Shown here piece by piece: positions 41,249-50,176 of a stretch of 64,000 nucleotides of DNA. A program made the translations under genes and the position numbers. The number at the start of each line of letters is the position of its first letter. Position 1 is the first letter of the stretch. Location of the stretch: assembly GCA_041742135.1 (NCBI GenBank), contig JBGSJG010000001.1:67151-131150 (forward strand), written 5' to 3'. The DNA comes from Patescibacteria group bacterium. GTDB lineage: Bacteria; Patescibacteriota; Microgenomatia; UBA8517. Under the pieces are notes generated by a model. That model saw only the letters and a program-made list of their open reading frames with translations, did no database searches and was not told where the DNA came from.

Positions 41249-41972
41249 TGGTTAATTGGCGAATAAGATCCCCATAATAACGAACTGTAGGGATAACTCT
41301 AGGATAATTCAAACCAAAAGGACCTACAACCCCGATTGCACCTTCTTGGTTGCCAATTCGAAAACGGCTTGCAACCATACCAATAGGCTCAAAGAAGTCC
41401 CAACCCAATTCCTCGCCAAACAAAACCTCAATCGGAGAAGCTCCGGTGAGCCTGCCAAACAGAAGCTCGCGCAGGCTTCGCTCGCCATCAAGAACGCCAA
41501 ACAAGCTTTGGCAAACCTGGAAGTTATAAAATTCCGGGCTGTTAAACAAATTAGCATGCCCCGCAACCCAATGATCGCCGTTATCTAAGGCCGAGACGGC
41601 CAAATACTGAGTTTGATCGGCCAAAGAATCAGTGGCGTCACGCATAAAACGGTCGATGTTGTCACGACTGTCCCACACTTCCTCTTTTGCATGAACTTCA
41701 TCGGTCACGCTAAGCCTTTTTTCATCCATAAGCTGGTTAATATAAAACTTCATAGCTTTAGGAGTTGGCACACGGCCTGCAGAAGTGTGAGGCTGTTTTA
41801 GGTACCCCTTAATAGTCAACAGCGCCATTTCGTTTCTAATAGTTGCAGGAGAAACACCAAGGCTATATTTGTTTTCCAGAGAAACCGAGCCCACAGGCTC
41901 AGCTGTCGTGATATATTCATCAATAATGGCCTTGAGTAAATGAGTCTGTCGAGACGACAAAGTATCTTCCAT
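41241..41972 (-). CDS. hrcA: Heat-inducible transcription repressor HrcA, a short form of 243 aa
   Basis: The N-terminal winged helix-turn-helix is …RQTHLLKAIIDEYITTAEPVGSVSLENKYSLGVSPATIRNEMALL…. It is positioned upstream of grpE-dnaK. Confidence 0.8.
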   Translation of the reverse strand: MEDTLSSRQTHLLKAIIDEYITTAEPVGSVSLENKYSLGVSPATIRNEMALLTIKGYLKQPHTSAGRVPTPKAMKFYINQLMDEKRLSVTDEVHAKEEVWDSRDNIDRFMRDATDSLADQTQYLAVSALDNGDHWVAGHANLFNSPEFYNFQVCQSLFGVLDGERSLRELLFGRLTGASPIEVLFGEELGWDFFEPIGMVASRFRIGNQEGAIGVVGPFGLNYPRVIPTVRYYGDLIRQLTNA

Positions 41973-42005
41973 TTAGCAGAATGCTAACACGAGTGATAAG
42001 AAGTG

Positions 42006-42884
42006 TCAATCAATTTTAAGAGTAGCCCCGAGACGTGAATAAACGTTTTGGGTTACCACAGGCAAATTTACACTCGTCACACCCGTAACCACTGCATGTA
42101 CGCTTGCGTAGGCTTCGTATTCATCATAAGTTTTTCCCAAAAATGAATATGTAGCTGCCATACCAACTCCATTACAGAAAGCCTCCTGATACGGTCCGAG
42201 CTCACCATTCGGGAATAACGCCAAACGGTTCGGATCTGTATTAAATTGCCCCTGACAAATTTCTGTAAAAACTGAATTAACTAATAGAACCGAGGCCTGC
42301 TCGCGGGGACTTACGGCCGAAAAGCCGTACTCACGGGCATAAGTATCGCGGCCCCCGTCTTGCTGGAAACGCCGCAATGCCTCGCCTAATATTCCACCAA
42401 AATCGATAACTGTGCGGTGCGCGCTTTCGGGCATTATCCATGTAGTCGCATTATTATTCCAGTCGTATCTTCGTGCGTCCGGCATGTGATCAAGAACTAA
42501 AATTTCTTGCCCATTGGGCTCGGGATCGGTTCTTATCCAGCTTTGCCACCCTTGATTTTCCGGAAGACCGGTGGAGGCGTTTCTGGCTTCTTCCAAAAAC
42601 TCAAAGTACTCAGGACTCACGTTGATTTCTGGTAGGCGCGTATCTGATGGCCTTAGAATTTCTACCGCGGCTCCGTTAGGGTGAGTAAATATAGTCTCGC
42701 GAGTCGTGCCTTGAGTTAGAAATTCCCAATCCTGATAAGGTTTTAGCTCTTGGTCCTCTGCGTCGACTGTCGGGCTTCCCGCTGGAGGGGTATTTTCTAT
42801 TGAAGGACTACAAGACGTAGGCAAACCGACTGCAAAACTTAGCGCAACAGCCGTTGCATATCTGCGAAGTCGATCCTTGTTCAT
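42006..42884 (-). CDS. Secreted protein or lipoprotein of unknown function
   Basis: It has an N-terminal signal sequence with a lipobox-like …AVGLPTSCS…. The overall composition is atypical. Confidence 0.5.
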   Translation of the reverse strand: MNKDRLRRYATAVALSFAVGLPTSCSPSIENTPPAGSPTVDAEDQELKPYQDWEFLTQGTTRETIFTHPNGAAVEILRPSDTRLPEINVSPEYFEFLEEARNASTGLPENQGWQSWIRTDPEPNGQEILVLDHMPDARRYDWNNNATTWIMPESAHRTVIDFGGILGEALRRFQQDGGRDTYAREYGFSAVSPREQASVLLVNSVFTEICQGQFNTDPNRLALFPNGELGPYQEAFCNGVGMAATYSFLGKTYDEYEAYASVHAVVTGVTSVNLPVVTQNVYSRLGATLKID

Positions 42885-44172
42885 GGGAGATATTATACTC
42901 TCTTTCTAAATATCGTTTCAAATCAGCGCTGGCCTTTACTGAAAGCTCTTCTAGCGGGCTATTGTAACCATCTTCAACTGCTCTCCAATGCAAAAGATGA
43001 AAGTCAGTCCCTCTCTCGTCGTCTTCACGGATCCACTCATCCTCTGTGTCATACTCATAAGCAAAGGAATCGTCTGGGTGATAACCTGCGACTCTATCCA
43101 GCAGGTCTCTTGTGACACCCAAGTCCGAGAGTTGATCGTCGCCAATCTGATCTGCCCACTGCCTGATAAATCTTTCGCCCGTCGTCGAAACTAAAGGCCG
43201 AAGTTCCTTATGCTCATTCCCCAAATTCCGATATCCTTCATACCCATCAGTCCTTTCTATTTCTTCAGTAAGAGCTTTTAAGTGTGCCAGTTGCCTTATT
43301 TCCAACGCGAAATCGCGACATGATTCTCGAAATGCTCGCCCTGCCTCTGTGTCTTCCATGTCGCTGCGATCACCCCGAAGGCGCTCAAATTCTCCTAGGC
43401 CCATTTCGGAAAGATTTAAGCCATGCACTCTACCACGCCGATCTTCTTCTGCTCGACGAAGCGAAACACTTCTTTCTACAAACTCTGGCTCGCTTTTCCG
43501 TGTTACCTGCACTACCGTCTTCCTGATTTGTTTTTCAACATCCTCATCACTTATACCAGTTAGATCAGTCATGAAATTGTTCAACCTTTTGACCTCACTA
43601 GGATCTGCTTTTAGTAGAGATTTTGGAGAGATGTACCTCAGATCAAACTCCCTTCCTTCCTGAGGGTCTAATTTGCACCCCTCATCCTTGAGACGATGGA
43701 CAGTATTTTGAAAAGCCTCACGGTCGGTGTACGTTGCCATATAATTGCTAGATTTATCCTTGTACTCACCTCTGAGAAAACTAGCCATAGACTGAGCGGC
43801 ATTAACAATTCTTTGTCTTCCAACTTTTTGCATTAAAGCCTTTACAGCCTTAGGACCTTCAAGATGAGCTTCGACAAATCTAAGGTAGTTGGCGCCACCT
43901 CCTAATCTACTTTTTCTTTCTGCTTCATCTGCCTCAATCTCTACCACATCAACACCCAATCGCGGAGATTCACCATGAAGAATTAGTTGAGCTTCTATAA
44001 AACCTTCAGCTTGTACATGACGATTATCATTAGATCCTAGGCAGTCCATTATCTCACTAGCCTTTGCCTGACGCCCTTGCCTCTCAGTTCTCACAATATT
44101 CCCAAGATTATCATTCGCAAGACGATACTCAGCCAATTCCTGCTCAGTTGTCATGGGTGAATCCTCAGTCAT
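42808..44172 (-). CDS. Hypothetical highly charged protein with a C-terminal Cys cluster (CNGCCAKFC)
   Basis: The ORF is 454 aa. Its 3' end overlaps the start of 42006..42884 by 77 nt in a different frame. No family was recognised. Confidence 0.45.
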   Translation of the reverse strand: MTEDSPMTTEQELAEYRLANDNLGNIVRTERQGRQAKASEIMDCLGSNDNRHVQAEGFIEAQLILHGESPRLGVDVVEIEADEAERKSRLGGGANYLRFVEAHLEGPKAVKALMQKVGRQRIVNAAQSMASFLRGEYKDKSSNYMATYTDREAFQNTVHRLKDEGCKLDPQEGREFDLRYISPKSLLKADPSEVKRLNNFMTDLTGISDEDVEKQIRKTVVQVTRKSEPEFVERSVSLRRAEEDRRGRVHGLNLSEMGLGEFERLRGDRSDMEDTEAGRAFRESCRDFALEIRQLAHLKALTEEIERTDGYEGYRNLGNEHKELRPLVSTTGERFIRQWADQIGDDQLSDLGVTRDLLDRVAGYHPDDSFAYEYDTEDEWIREDDERGTDFHLLHWRAVEDGYNSPLEELSVKASADLKRYLEREYNISHEQGSTSQICNGCCAKFCSRFAYVL

Positions 44173-44319
44173 AAATTAATTATAAATTGGCAAGGTTTAC
44201 TTAGCAAATTATTTTGCCCTATCAAGATCTAGTACTAGTCGGCGTGAATGACGGAGGCAAACCAATCATCACACTCTTGGAGGAAAATTCACCGCAGGAT
44301 GATATTTTAGAGGTACTTT

Positions 44320-46005
44320 CTAAACCCCAGTCTGAGTAATTGCCTCTTCCTCTTTTCTGGGTATCCCAAAACCTTTTTTCTTGACCAGTGCAATAAAGTC
44401 ATTTAGCTCCGCAGAGCGAAGGAGAAAACTTACTAGTAAATACGTAAGGCCTCCGATGACTGCCGTCACGCCAGTTAAAAACATAAGATTAAATGTATAG
44501 CGAGTGTCTATCACAAAATGCTCAAAGTTTAGCCCTTGAATATTGCCCACAAAAGACAGCTCCTTTACCCACACTGAGCGGTCAAAAAATCTAATTATCA
44601 CAAACATCACACTTCCTGAAACAAACGAAGCTATGAAAGATTTGATTATGGGAACAATCGCAAAGAGAGTTCCACCGTTTAGCTCACGACTTAAGATGTA
44701 ATACATAGTGACTGCTTGGAAAATAATTCCGATGGTATATGCCGCCGCCAGTGACCAAGTGGGAAGATTCAGAAAAACGATAAAAATTACGCTCAGAATA
44801 GTACTTATAACAACACCCACTATGGACATTTTGACTGGTGTTGTGGTGTTGTGGCGTGCATAAAAAGCTCGAGACAAAAGAGCGGCAGCTGATTGAAAAG
44901 GAATACTCACGGCAAAAACCGATAAAACCAAACCCGTCTGAACAGTCGCTTCCCAGTCAAAGCGATCAGTTCCAAACAAAAGTCTCACAATGGGAATTCG
45001 AAGAACGATAAGAGTCGCTGCGACGGGAGTGACCAAAAAACTGATCTGATACAGGGTTTTTAGAAATGCTTTTTTAAACGCGTGGCGATCTTCGTCGATA
45101 TTTGAAAGCGTCGGTAAAGCCGCCTTGGCCAGAGAAACTCCAAACAGCGTTACCGGCATAATTCGGACTGCATCAGCCAAACTGTAATAAGTAAGGGCTG
45201 CAGAAGCAATCAAAGACGTAAAAAACAAGTCAGTAACACGGGTGATTTGTAAAAACCCAAGCTCGAGAACTCTCGGAGCTGCAAGTCGTGCGATTTTTTT
45301 AACTTCATCGGTCAGCTTTAGCGACCACATGAACCTAAAGCCAAGCCTCCGGGCTGTTGGAAACTGGACAGCAAAGTGTAAAAACGCCCCAAACACAGCG
45401 CCCAAGGCCGGCGCCATAAGGCCCAGATCATCCGCAAAGATTATCGTAAACACAATAATCCCGACGTTGTAGAAAATTGGCGCCATTGCTGAGACAAAAA
45501 AGTGCCTCAAAGATTCCAAGATGCCAGTTAAGACATAACTTACGATGAAAAAGCCCTGAGCAATTAAAAGTACGCGAGCCAAAGAAGCAATTGTCTGATG
45601 CTCGGCATCTGTATATCCCGGAGCAAAAATTGAGTATATCGGAGCGGCAAAGACGGCAAAAACGCAAGCAAAAACAATAAATCCCACAAGTGCAAGGTTT
45701 ATTATCCGCGCAGCCGTCTCGAAAGCAATATGCTTATCCTTTGCGTGAACCTTTGTAAAAACAGGAATAAAAGCCGAGGAAAAAATACCAAAAGCCAAAA
45801 GCTGAAACACCAAGTCGGGAAGCCTGAAGGATGCAAAGAAAAGCGAAAGTTCTTCCGGATCAAAAAAGTGCAAAAACAAGCGCTGGCGGACCAAACCCAA
45901 AACAGAGCTAAACATAACCATCGCCATAATCACAAAGGCTGCAGCCAAAATTGAATTTTGGGGACCGTTTAGAAAGTTTTTACCAGAGAGTAACAAGCGC
46001 TTCAT
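44320..46005 (-). CDS. murJ: Lipid II flippase MurJ (MviN)
   Basis: It is polytopic, about 14 TM helices over 561 aa, with the MurJ-like N-terminus …LGLVRQRLFLHFFDPEELSLFFASFRLPDLVFQLLAFGIFSSAFIPVF…. Confidence 0.8.
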   Translation of the reverse strand: MKRLLLSGKNFLNGPQNSILAAAFVIMAMVMFSSVLGLVRQRLFLHFFDPEELSLFFASFRLPDLVFQLLAFGIFSSAFIPVFTKVHAKDKHIAFETAARIINLALVGFIVFACVFAVFAAPIYSIFAPGYTDAEHQTIASLARVLLIAQGFFIVSYVLTGILESLRHFFVSAMAPIFYNVGIIVFTIIFADDLGLMAPALGAVFGAFLHFAVQFPTARRLGFRFMWSLKLTDEVKKIARLAAPRVLELGFLQITRVTDLFFTSLIASAALTYYSLADAVRIMPVTLFGVSLAKAALPTLSNIDEDRHAFKKAFLKTLYQISFLVTPVAATLIVLRIPIVRLLFGTDRFDWEATVQTGLVLSVFAVSIPFQSAAALLSRAFYARHNTTTPVKMSIVGVVISTILSVIFIVFLNLPTWSLAAAYTIGIIFQAVTMYYILSRELNGGTLFAIVPIIKSFIASFVSGSVMFVIIRFFDRSVWVKELSFVGNIQGLNFEHFVIDTRYTFNLMFLTGVTAVIGGLTYLLVSFLLRSAELNDFIALVKKKGFGIPRKEEEAITQTGV

Positions 46006-46008
46006 TGT

Positions 46009-46037
46009 TTGATATTTTAACTCACTTCAAGTATACT
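46009..46037 (+). promoter_or_regulatory. Candidate sigma70-type promoter for rpsT: TTGATA, a 17-nt spacer and TATACT
   Basis: -35 is at 46009..46014 and -10 at 46032..46037. It lies in the divergent gap between murJ and rpsT, with the ATG at 46055. Confidence 0.4.
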
Positions 46038-46054
46038 CGTAAGAAGCTAAATTT

Positions 46055-46282
46055 ATGCCAGTAACAAAAACAGCCAAAAGAGCACTTAGAGGATCGCGCC
46101 GAAAGGAAGCCAAAAACTCGATGATTAAAAAGAGTTTAGAGATAGCGCTTCGCATGGCCCGAAGAACCAAAAAAGAAGCAGACGTCAAAAAAGCAGTTTC
46201 TTTGGCTGATATGGCATCTAAAAAAGACGTAATCCACAAGAACCGAGCCTCGCGAATTAAAAGCTCCCTCTCCAAAATCTAG
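46055..46282 (+). CDS. rpsT: 30S ribosomal protein S20
   Basis: Translation MPVTKTAKRALRGSRRKEAKNSMIKKS…NRASRIKSSLSKI has an S20-like basic helical profile. Confidence 0.8.
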   Translation: MPVTKTAKRALRGSRRKEAKNSMIKKSLEIALRMARRTKKEADVKKAVSLADMASKKDVIHKNRASRIKSSLSKI

Positions 46283-46320
46283 CTTCCACCACCCTCTCAT
46301 CTTTGCTATAGTGAATTAAC

Positions 46321-46869
46321 ATGGCGCGTGCGAAAGCCAGTATTAATTTGTTGCCTAGAGAAGATTTCGAAAGAACTATTCTTGGCCGCATCATGAAGTG
46401 GGCCTTAACCTCATTTCGTTTCATTGTAATTGCCGTCGAGTTTGTGGTGATTGCAGGTTTTATGCTCCGTTTTTGGCTCGATGTTCAAATCAGCGACTTG
46501 GACGATGAGATTAACCAAAAAGCCGCCCTTGTGTCTTCACGTTCAAGTTTTGAACAAGAATTCCGAAGCACCCAAGACAAACTTGCCGTACACAAACAAT
46601 TGACCGACAAAGCAAACCAACCAAGCGTTTACTTTGAAGAGGTGTCTCGCAATCTTCCTAGTGACACACAGCTTATTTCTTTTGCAAAAAGTGCTGATTC
46701 GCTGGAGATTATTGGTGCAACTTTAAACGAAGCTTCGATCACGGGATTTGTCAAAAATCTTGAGACCAATCCTCGTTTTACTTCCGTAAACTTGTCCTCA
46801 ATATCTACTCGCGACGACAGCCCTTTAGTTGAGTTTGTACTAAAAATATCGACAATAAATACAATTTAA
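46321..46869 (+). CDS. pilN: Type IV pilus assembly protein PilN
   Basis: It has the N-terminal INLLP motif followed by a TM helix (…KASINLLPREDFERT…FIVIAVEFVVIAGF…). Confidence 0.65.
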   Translation: MARAKASINLLPREDFERTILGRIMKWALTSFRFIVIAVEFVVIAGFMLRFWLDVQISDLDDEINQKAALVSSRSSFEQEFRSTQDKLAVHKQLTDKANQPSVYFEEVSRNLPSDTQLISFAKSADSLEIIGATLNEASITGFVKNLETNPRFTSVNLSSISTRDDSPLVEFVLKISTINTI

Positions 46870-46870
46870 T

Positions 46871-47551
46871 ATGGCAAATCGTTGGCAAGAAAATTATCAG
46901 CTTTATAAAAGATATCTGCGAAGCTTGGCTGCAATGTACCAAAAGCGCCAAGATGTACATCTGTTTGTCGAACTTTTACTTTCACTGTCGGTGATTGCCA
47001 TTTTTGGAGCATTTGCAATCAAGCCTACTTTAGTAACAATTTCCGACCTAAACAACCAAATTGCAGGAAAGAAAGAAACGGTTGCCCAGCTTGACGCCAA
47101 GATCCAAGCTCTCTCGGAAGCCCAAAACGTGTACCAGGAAAATTTGAGCGCAATTTTGCTTCTTAATAGTTCAGTCCCTCAAAATCCTGAGCCAGAAAAA
47201 TTTATTAGACAGGTCGAAGGCTTGGCCAAGCGCAATTCCGTATTAATTTCCAGTCTTGATACCTCAAATTTGAAATTAACCTCGCATGAAATACTCACAG
47301 AAGAAGTGGACCAGTCACCCAGCGCCGAGGGTGCAGCTGTCGATTATTTTCCTGCCGCCGCCGCAAGTTTTGAGCTTGAAACAAATTTCAACGGCGTTTA
47401 CGATCAATTAATCGCCTTTTTGCGTGAATTCGAAAATCTTCGAAGGCCGATGTATATCGACACTATAACTTTTCGTTCTTCCTCTGAAGAGCTAAGCCGC
47501 GAAATTGCTTTATCTATCATGGGCAGGCTGTCTTATCTACCAAATGAGTAA
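46871..47551 (+). CDS. PilO-like type IV pilus assembly protein
   Basis: It has a short cytoplasmic N-terminus, a TM helix, a coiled coil (…QIAGKKETVAQLDAKIQALSEAQ…) and a C-terminal domain. It is translationally coupled to pilN with a 1-nt gap. Confidence 0.5.
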   Translation: MANRWQENYQLYKRYLRSLAAMYQKRQDVHLFVELLLSLSVIAIFGAFAIKPTLVTISDLNNQIAGKKETVAQLDAKIQALSEAQNVYQENLSAILLLNSSVPQNPEPEKFIRQVEGLAKRNSVLISSLDTSNLKLTSHEILTEEVDQSPSAEGAAVDYFPAAAASFELETNFNGVYDQLIAFLREFENLRRPMYIDTITFRSSSEELSREIALSIMGRLSYLPNE

Positions 47552-47918
47552 AAGAGAAAAAACACCACCAGTTGTAATTTTTGCAATTTTGTCAGTGATT
47601 ACTGTTTTTGTTTGGGTAGGTTTTGAAACCTACAGAGCATTCACCAAAGACCCAACACCAACTGTGCCTTTAGAAGTAACCCGCGCTTTAGACCCAACTC
47701 TTGATGAAGAGCAACTGGCAGATGTGGTCAGACGGATCAATCTGACAGAAGACGAAATCGGAGACACCACACTAGTGCAACCAGAAACTCCAGAACCAAC
47801 TGAAACGCCAGCACTAACCCAGACAGAAGAACCAGTTGAAACAACTGAGACCGCACTTGAATCAGGTGGTGATGAACAAGCTATACTGGAAGAACTAGAT
47901 CAACTATTGGAAGAATAA
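47544..47918 (+). CDS. Small N-anchored protein with an acidic Thr/Glu-rich C-terminus
   Basis: The start is taken at the internal ATG (MSKREK). The TM helix is VVIFAILSVITVFVWVGF. The tail is …TETPALTQTEEPVETTETALESGGDEQ…. Confidence 0.45.
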   Translation: MSKREKTPPVVIFAILSVITVFVWVGFETYRAFTKDPTPTVPLEVTRALDPTLDEEQLADVVRRINLTEDEIGDTTLVQPETPEPTETPALTQTEEPVETTETALESGGDEQAILEELDQLLEE

Positions 47919-47919
47919 C

Positions 47920-49344
47920 ATGCAAAACAAATTGAAAATTCCGTCACTTCTTGGGGTGTTTGTCTTAGTTCTTGGACTTGCCGTGGGAGTTGCCCTCATA
48001 GGCCAAAGACAGATATTTCGCCTTGGAGCATCCGCAGACTCAGCTCCACAGGATGTCAGGATTTCCAATGTTACCGACTCTTCTTTTACGGTTTCTTGGT
48101 ACAGTACTAAACCAACTGTTGGATATATCAGTTGGGGTAGCACAACAGCTTTAGGGCAAAGCTCTGAGGTGTCTGGCCTTGATACTAAAACCGTTCACTC
48201 TGTCACTGTAGACGAACTTTCGGCGAGTACAAATTACTACTTTGTAATCAACTCCGGCGGTGTTGAGTTTGATAATAATGGCATAGCCTGGTCGGTTGCC
48301 ACAGGGCCTACTTTGTCTGTAAACGCGACAGCGCTTTTGGCATCAGGAACAATTCGTGCAGCAGACGGCTCCCCGGCAAGCGACGTGTTGGTCTATATAA
48401 ACGGGGGCGGATTAGCTCAAGTTTCTGGCGTAACCTCACAAAATGGTACCTGGACAATACCGCTGTCATCTGCCCGAAGCAGAACACTTTCTGCGTATGC
48501 AAACTTAACAGCCAACGACATCCTTGACGTGTACGTACAAGCAGGAGGTTTAGGAGTAGCTACCGCGCAAGTTCTGGTCTCTCAAACAAATCCTACTCCC
48601 GAAATAGTTTTAGGGCAGTCGTACGATTTTAGAAATGACCAGACAATAGACTCAGGAGGCTTACCAGAAGCAGATTTATCTTTGCCTGAAAACGAAGAAG
48701 AATTGGGGCCCGGTGGGCTTGATCTTTCAAGCCAAGAGACCGGGTCTTCATCGGAACGTCCTGTAACTATCGAAAGCATTGATGAGGCAGAAGAAATTGT
48801 TTATACCGACACACCAGAGTTTTTTGGCGAAGGCCCCGCTGGGTCTGTCATCACGATTACTGTTGAGTCGGATCCTGTTACTGATGAGGTGAGGGTCACT
48901 AACGGAGGTGAGTGGAGTTGGAGCCCACCCACTTCACTTCCAGATGGCGAACACACTATAACCATAAGCTGGATTGATGCTTCTGGATTTTTAAGAAAAA
49001 TTACTCGTTCGTTTGTTGTTGCAGCAGCAGAGGATGAACCCGGGTTTGAATCCACTCCGTCTGGGGCTACGTCTACCCCCAAGCCAACAGCGTCACCGAC
49101 GCCCACGCCCACAGCTACACCAAAAGCAACTAAGTCACCCACGCCCTCCCCAACACCGACTGCAACGATTAAGCCAACTGTAACCCCGAGCGCCACTCCC
49201 GCCCCGACACGCATAAGCATTCCTTCAACAGAATCTGGAGTGCCAGAAGCAGGTGTCGCAACCCCCACTCTTCTTTTGGCATTTGTTGGACTAGCTCTAT
49301 TTATCTCTGGTATATTTATTAGTAGAAAATCATTTAACTCATGA
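47920..49344 (+). CDS. Cell-surface protein with an N-terminal signal or anchor, an FN3-like domain, a Pro/Thr-rich stalk, a C-terminal VPEAG motif, a hydrophobic helix and an RK tail (sortase-substrate-like)
   Basis: The FN3-like domain is …VRISNVTDSSFTVSWYS…. The stalk is …PTPTPTATPKATKSPTPSPTPTATIKPTVTPSATPAPT…. The C-terminus is …SGVPEAGVATPTLLLAFVGLALFISGIFISRKSFNS. Confidence 0.6.
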   Translation: MQNKLKIPSLLGVFVLVLGLAVGVALIGQRQIFRLGASADSAPQDVRISNVTDSSFTVSWYSTKPTVGYISWGSTTALGQSSEVSGLDTKTVHSVTVDELSASTNYYFVINSGGVEFDNNGIAWSVATGPTLSVNATALLASGTIRAADGSPASDVLVYINGGGLAQVSGVTSQNGTWTIPLSSARSRTLSAYANLTANDILDVYVQAGGLGVATAQVLVSQTNPTPEIVLGQSYDFRNDQTIDSGGLPEADLSLPENEEELGPGGLDLSSQETGSSSERPVTIESIDEAEEIVYTDTPEFFGEGPAGSVITITVESDPVTDEVRVTNGGEWSWSPPTSLPDGEHTITISWIDASGFLRKITRSFVVAAAEDEPGFESTPSGATSTPKPTASPTPTPTATPKATKSPTPSPTPTATIKPTVTPSATPAPTRISIPSTESGVPEAGVATPTLLLAFVGLALFISGIFISRKSFNS

Positions 49345-50171
49345 ACCCACCTGCTCAAAATTTTGATCCGCCTGTAGCTTTCCCTCAAGTTGAGTCTTTT
49401 CCAAATCCTGACATGGGGACACTGCCACCAGCCCCTACAGCCGTAACTCCAACAGATGTACCTCCAACCATCATTACTTCAACAGCTGATTCAGGGTCTC
49501 CCAAAAAGAAATTTCCTAAACAGATCGCAGCAGTACTGGGCATAGTTGTGTTGCTACTTGGTGTTGTTGCTGGAGTCGTCTTAGTCCGCAGTCAACAATT
49601 AAATAATGCTTCTGCTTGGGAGTGCTCACTGTATACTTTTGGTTTGGGCCAAGACGGCTCAGTCACGGTTCAAAATGGTTCAAGTACCAATCAACCTCAG
49701 CAAGAAGCTCAAGTCTATATAAACGACATATTAATCGAGAGATTCACAGTTCCCGCTCTTAACGCTGGAGCAGGAACAACACTGGGAAGCGTTAGTGTAC
49801 CGCAAGACGAGCCTTATACTTGGAAAATTCAAGGAACACTTGATTGCCAAAACGTTGGAAGCGTAGGTGGAAACTCTGACTCGGCAATTTGTTTAAATGT
49901 TGTGGCCTACGACACACAGTGGAACGTATTAAGCGCATCTGAGCTTTCAGAACTTAACGAAGGTGATACAGTGAGATTTGCAGTTTCCGGCACTGCTACA
50001 ACGGGAACCATCGACAGTGCTAGGTTTAGAATTAATAGCGGCACCCCAGTTGAAACAACAGAAAAAAAGCCGGGTAGCGAAGAGTTTTTTGTGGAGTACG
50101 AAATTCCTGCAAGCACCCAAAGCTTTAGCATTAGTGCCCAGTTGCATCACAATACGGCTGGTTGGTTTTAA
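49341..50171 (+). CDS. N-anchored bitopic protein with a Pro-rich cytoplasmic tail and a C-terminal GWF domain
   Basis: Translation MNPPAQNFDPPVAFPQ…KKKFPKQIAAVLGIVVLLLGVVAGVVLV… The C-terminal ~95 aa (…VVAYDTQWNVLSASELSEL…LHHNTAGWF) are paralogous to the C-terminus of 51127..52299. Confidence 0.6.
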   Translation: MNPPAQNFDPPVAFPQVESFPNPDMGTLPPAPTAVTPTDVPPTIITSTADSGSPKKKFPKQIAAVLGIVVLLLGVVAGVVLVRSQQLNNASAWECSLYTFGLGQDGSVTVQNGSSTNQPQQEAQVYINDILIERFTVPALNAGAGTTLGSVSVPQDEPYTWKIQGTLDCQNVGSVGGNSDSAICLNVVAYDTQWNVLSASELSELNEGDTVRFAVSGTATTGTIDSARFRINSGTPVETTEKKPGSEEFFVEYEIPASTQSFSISAQLHHNTAGWF

Positions 50172-50176
50172 GACAT

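Noticed and set aside
41973-42005. Canonical CIRCE (TTAGCACTC-N9-GAGTGCTAA) upstream of hrcA.
   Set aside because: Only a shortened TTAGCA-N3-TGCTAA palindrome is present. It is reported as a finding, not as a canonical element. The 33-bp gap is too short to hold a full CIRCE plus promoter.
48801-49388. 195-aa minus-strand ORF, and the similar 50407..50844, rich in GV/VGV repeats.
   Set aside because: They are antisense translations of the Pro/Thr/Ala-rich stalk-coding repeats (ACx/GCx codons) of the surface-protein genes.
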